DNA of 64,000 nucleotides from NCBI RefSeq assembly GCF_988243305.1, contig NZ_OZ547136.1; one strand, 5' to 3'. Shown piece by piece: positions 60,317 to 64,000 of this stretch (position 1 is its first letter; each line of letters starts with the position of its first letter). The notes under the pieces were generated by a model. It saw only the letters and a program-made list of their open reading frames with translations, ran no database searches and was not told where the DNA came from. The position numbers and the translations under genes were made by a program.

Positions 60317-62608
60317 TTAACCTTCACGTTCTACCACTTTAATTTCCACCATGCCGATCCCGAGCTTACGCGGCGAGTGTCCGAGGATATTCCCTTCGTT
60401 GGTTGAGACAGGTTCCGGCGGCACAATTACCAGCGTGTCGGCATCGGTTGGGTTATCGAAATGCAGCGTGGTGGTGGTCACTTCATTGCCCAGCACAAGA
60501 GTTTGTTCTTCATTGCCTACGCGTACCGGAATAGGACGGCTGGCGTTATTGCCGTATGCTTTGGCGGTAATCACCAGGTCAAATTTCTTCGGCAGCGGAT
60601 GCTTGTACTCGATTTTTACTTCGTCGCCCAGTTGCGCGTTGGACCAGCGGCCCCACGACTCCGGACGGGAAATCCCGCTAAACTGTTTCACCTCTTCTGG
60701 CGCACCGGCGACGTTAAAGATGAAACTGTCGGCTTTGTAGCGAATATCGTTATCAACAATCTTCAGCGTATCGACATTGCCTTTGTAACGCGCCATGTCG
60801 ATGACCGTATCTTTAAATGCCGTTTTGCCCTTCCATGTTGTTTTATCAACATGCTGGACAATTTGCTGACCGCCAAGCTGCCCTTGCGAGACACACCAGT
60901 CGGTGGAAAGTGCCAGTTCCGGAGCCCAGAGTTGTGCCATCTTATAGCAACGGTCAACCCAGACGAAATTGTCGCGTGGAGCGAAATCGGCCAGCTGGAA
61001 ACGCAGCGGTGCTGAGTATTCACTTTCCGGCAGCGGTTCTACGCGCTTGTCTGAAACCCGCAACAGCAGCGGCAAACGGAAATGGCTACCCGAGAAGGCA
61101 ATCATGTTTTTCTGCTGGTCGATGGTGAACTCTTTCATCTCTTTAGGGAATTTCCACAGGCGGATGATATCCGGCTTCCACGCCAATGTTTTCTCTTTGA
61201 TATTGAGGAAGATTTCCGACATCGACTGCCCGGATAAACTGCTACGACCAAGTCCGAGATAGTTATCGCCACCGAGAATGTCCAGCACCGTCGCGCCGTT
61301 ATCCATCGTGTTACGCTTCACTGCCAGCGTCTCTTGCTGCGGCTTGTCGCCACGGATGACAAAAAACAGGTTATTGCGATCCTGCTTATTAAGGTATTTC
61401 CACGCCGTGTTGTTCATCGCTAAATGGTCAGAAGAGACGACGATAACAGTATCTTTAAACCACGGTGACGCTTTGATTTTGTTGATAAACGTCGCGATAT
61501 TCTCCTGGCTGCAACTTACCGCGCTGAATGACTGATTCGGCTTACCGTCAAAATCATATTTTTTGCGGTTACAGGTACGCGAGATAAAACCATCCGGGTG
61601 ATGGGTATCGACTGTCAGGGTAAACAGTGAGAATCGCTGACCTGAGCGGGAAAGCTCTTCAAACTTTTTCCACGCTTCATCGAGAACGGTATCGTCGTAG
61701 AATCCCCAGTCGTTGCGATAGTGCGGGTCGGCCACCACGCTTTTCAGCTCTTCTGAGCCGTATAAGTGGTCGAAGCCATGCGACTTCAGGAACACATCTT
61801 TACCGGCAAAACGCAGATTCGCGCCCTGCACGAAATAGTTCTGATAACCCGAGTTTTTCAGGATATCGCCCAGACAGATGTTCTGCGGGAAGAAGCTGGA
61901 GACAGAAGCGGAGGCGTTGCCTTCAAAGGGGGCAAAAAGCGGAATGCCACACTGAGAAGCCACCATGCCCGCAATCGTGTAATCTGTTCCCGGCAGCTGC
62001 TGCGTGTGGCTGAAATCCAGGCCTTCATTTTTCAACGCGCCCAGTTCAGGCGTGAGATCCGGGAAAGCCTCGTTATCAAAATAGGTCCGCTCGAGACTTT
62101 CGCCGTAGATATAAACCAGGTTGAGTTTCGGGTCAGGGATAGTTTTCGACGGCTCTTTATAATAAGCCGCAAAGTCCGGGTCGCCGTCGCGTGACTGGGA
62201 TTTCACCAGTTCCGTTATCTGACGAAATGCCGGGCTGGCATCCACTGAGCCCAGCGCCAGTAAGAGTGCCAGCAGGCTGTAACCAAAATGGTGCGGATGA
62301 TGGCGACGACGGCGCAGGATCCAGCCCAGCGCACCGAACACCGCTGTCAGCCCCAGCACAATGCCGATACCCGGAAGAATGTATTTGCTGACGCCAGCAC
62401 CGGTCAGGCTGTTGGTTAAGGTATAGAGAACCGCGTCGTTAATACCATCGCCTGTAAAATAGTCGCTGGCAAACAGGGTGATATTTAAAACGACAAATAG
62501 CCCCAGCACCGTTAACGTGGCTGCAAACCACCAGGTGTTACGTCCCGCTTTCCATGCGTAAATCAGCACAGAGGCGAGAAAAAGGGCGAAAGAGAGTAGT
62601 TCTGACAA
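60317..62608 (-). CDS. opgB: Phosphoglycerol transferase I (osmoregulated periplasmic glucan biosynthesis)
   Basis: 763-aa ORF with N-terminal TM segments and a sulfatase-family domain. Length and position are as K-12 mdoB/opgB. Confidence 0.92.
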   Translation of the reverse strand: MSELLSFALFLASVLIYAWKAGRNTWWFAATLTVLGLFVVLNITLFASDYFTGDGINDAVLYTLTNSLTGAGVSKYILPGIGIVLGLTAVFGALGWILRRRRHHPHHFGYSLLALLLALGSVDASPAFRQITELVKSQSRDGDPDFAAYYKEPSKTIPDPKLNLVYIYGESLERTYFDNEAFPDLTPELGALKNEGLDFSHTQQLPGTDYTIAGMVASQCGIPLFAPFEGNASASVSSFFPQNICLGDILKNSGYQNYFVQGANLRFAGKDVFLKSHGFDHLYGSEELKSVVADPHYRNDWGFYDDTVLDEAWKKFEELSRSGQRFSLFTLTVDTHHPDGFISRTCNRKKYDFDGKPNQSFSAVSCSQENIATFINKIKASPWFKDTVIVVSSDHLAMNNTAWKYLNKQDRNNLFFVIRGDKPQQETLAVKRNTMDNGATVLDILGGDNYLGLGRSSLSGQSMSEIFLNIKEKTLAWKPDIIRLWKFPKEMKEFTIDQQKNMIAFSGSHFRLPLLLRVSDKRVEPLPESEYSAPLRFQLADFAPRDNFVWVDRCYKMAQLWAPELALSTDWCVSQGQLGGQQIVQHVDKTTWKGKTAFKDTVIDMARYKGNVDTLKIVDNDIRYKADSFIFNVAGAPEEVKQFSGISRPESWGRWSNAQLGDEVKIEYKHPLPKKFDLVITAKAYGNNASRPIPVRVGNEEQTLVLGNEVTTTTLHFDNPTDADTLVIVPPEPVSTNEGNILGHSPRKLGIGMVEIKVVEREG

Positions 62609-62861
62609 CGGGCGATCCTCACTAAACCGGGCCGTTTAGCCAACGTTTAAGCTTTTTGAGAAGCACAATGTAATGGCGTCGCCATATTGCTGCAATTCTA
62701 GTGTCAAAAAAATGCGATGTTGTTAGGAATTAGTTTATAAACAGACTTTTTTGATTACGGTCGCTTCCCGTGTAACAGGGGGAAAACCGTCCAGGAGCAG
62801 GGAAAAGGGCAGGAGAGAGCCGCGTCAGCCGGGTAACAGCTAAAACGCGGCGTTTCGCGGT

Positions 62862-63359
62862 TCAGGAAATGAAGTTCAGCCCCTGCTTTAACACCAGATC
62901 GCAGGCTTTGGTTTTCACCTTTTCTGCCAGCGGAGTCGTTCCGATATTATCCAGATTGAGTTGCTGACCATCTTTAGTTTTCAGCAAACCCTGAATGCCA
63001 TCCAGATAGTTGGTGTCTTCTTTTTGCTCTTCACTGTTCAGGCCCAGTTTTTCCAGTACCTGATTCTTGATGTTTTCGGCATCGGTTACCGAAGCCAGCT
63101 TTTGCTTCGCGCAGTATTGCAGAATGCCTGCGGCGTTGTTCATGTTATCTGCGCTTAAGGCCTGGTTCCCGCTGCTAAGCAAGTTAGTTAATGACGCGAG
63201 CGACCAACCGCCTTCCTGTGTCGTGCTGTTTTGGTTGCCAAGTTCGCTGGCGGCGCTGGAGAGCGCATCTTTCCAGGACGCAGCATGCACCCCGGTGGAA
63301 ATTAATGCGCTGGCGGCAATGGCACAGCACAGAAGATGTTTAACAGTTTTCATCATCAT
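62862..63359 (-). CDS. yjjA: Secreted protein YjjA (DUF2501)
   Basis: 165-aa ORF with the signal peptide MMMKTVKHLLCCAIAASALISTGVHA. The position between opgB and dnaC is as in K-12. Confidence 0.85.
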   Translation of the reverse strand: MMMKTVKHLLCCAIAASALISTGVHAASWKDALSSAASELGNQNSTTQEGGWSLASLTNLLSSGNQALSADNMNNAAGILQYCAKQKLASVTDAENIKNQVLEKLGLNSEEQKEDTNYLDGIQGLLKTKDGQQLNLDNIGTTPLAEKVKTKACDLVLKQGLNFIS

Positions 63360-63404
63360 TACTCAAGGTGGAATTGTGTCGCAGTATACCGCCAGAAACG
63401 GAGA

Positions 63405-64000
63405 TTAATACTCTTTACCCGTTACCCGGCTACGGTAGCTATCCCAGTTGAAGATCACCCACAAACTGTTACCCAGGCGCATACGGTCCATCACGCGTTC
63501 GCCCAGCAACTTGGTCATCTCTTCCATATTACTGTTGGTCAGCATCCCGGTTGGGCGTTTGGAAGAAGAGCGGCGATCGACGATCTGGTTGATGATCACT
63601 TTTTCGTATTTCGATTCGGTTTGCACGCCGATCTCATCGATCACCAGCAGATCAACATTGCTCAGATCGTTAAGCAGTTGTTCTTCGCTGGTACCGCTAT
63701 TCCTGAAGGTATCTTTCATCGCCGACATAATATCGGCCACGGTGATGATCAATACGGATTTACCGCGTAGCAGCAGCTCGTTGCAGATTGCCGCCGCCAG
63801 ATGGTTTTTGCCGGTTCCTGGCTTACCAGAAAAGATGAAGCTGGCGATGTTGCCGTCAAACTCTTCGACATACTGGCGCGCTTTGCTTAACGCATTCATT
63901 TGCCCTTCACACTCAACGCGATAGTTCTCAAAGGAGCAGTTCTGATGCAGTGGACGAATACCGGAGCGGTTAAAGGTGCGCTGCATTTTCATCGCCCGAT
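63405..64000 (-). CDS. dnaC: Helicase loader DnaC, 3' portion (N-terminus beyond window end)
   Basis: The translation runs to the window edge. It has the AAA+ Walker A motif FSGKPGTGKNHLAAAI and Walker B motif LLVIDEIG, and the C-terminus ...NWDSYRSRVTGKEY matches my recollection of DnaC. Confidence 0.92.
   Translation of the reverse strand, partial: RAMKMQRTFNRSGIRPLHQNCSFENYRVECEGQMNALSKARQYVEEFDGNIASFIFSGKPGTGKNHLAAAICNELLLRGKSVLIITVADIMSAMKDTFRNSGTSEEQLLNDLSNVDLLVIDEIGVQTESKYEKVIINQIVDRRSSSKRPTGMLTNSNMEEMTKLLGERVMDRMRLGNSLWVIFNWDSYRSRVTGKEY

Overview
This window is an Escherichia coli chromosomal segment colinear with the K-12 uxuA-uxuB-uxuR ... tsr-lgoT-opgB-yjjA-dnaC region, but it comes from a non-K-12 strain. 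All assignments rest on motifs read from the supplied translations and on my recollection of K-12 gene order and protein lengths; no database search was run.

Backbone genes recognised: uxuA (3' end), uxuB, uxuR, yjiC, idlP-iraD, hypT, iadA-yjiG-yjiH, kptA, yjiJ, yjiK, yjiL-yjiM, yjiN, mdtM, frameshifted rpnD, yjiR, yjiS, yjiA-yjiX-btsT, tsr, lgoT/lgoR/lgoD, opgB, yjjA and dnaC (partial).

Four strain-specific blocks interrupt that order:
1. A 5.2-kb LysM/beta-barrel/Ig-repeat inverse autotransporter lies between kptA and yjiJ.
2. A 720-aa pentapeptide-repeat protein with a 10 x 24-bp in-frame tandem repeat lies between yjiK and the yjiL operon.
3. The yjiS-yjiA 'immigration control' slot lacks mcrBC/symE/EcoKI/mrr. 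It carries instead an AT-rich 5-TM orphan protein, a translationally coupled hsdM-hsdS-hsdR type I R-M system with an unusually long HsdM, a divergent GmrSD-like (DUF262/DUF1524) gene followed by a Fic/Doc-like gene with a degenerate catalytic motif, and a 5'-truncated brnT remnant with an intact brnA-like gene.
4. The hpa (4-hydroxyphenylacetate) catabolic cluster lies between btsT and tsr, with an extra secreted MBL-fold hydrolase between hpaA and hpaBC.

No rRNA, tRNA, CRISPR array, IS element, integrase or prophage gene was seen. The best candidates for an undescribed system are in the defence slot (27.5-38.9 kb): the GmrSD-like + Fic/Doc-like gene pair, and the membrane orphan downstream of hsdR.
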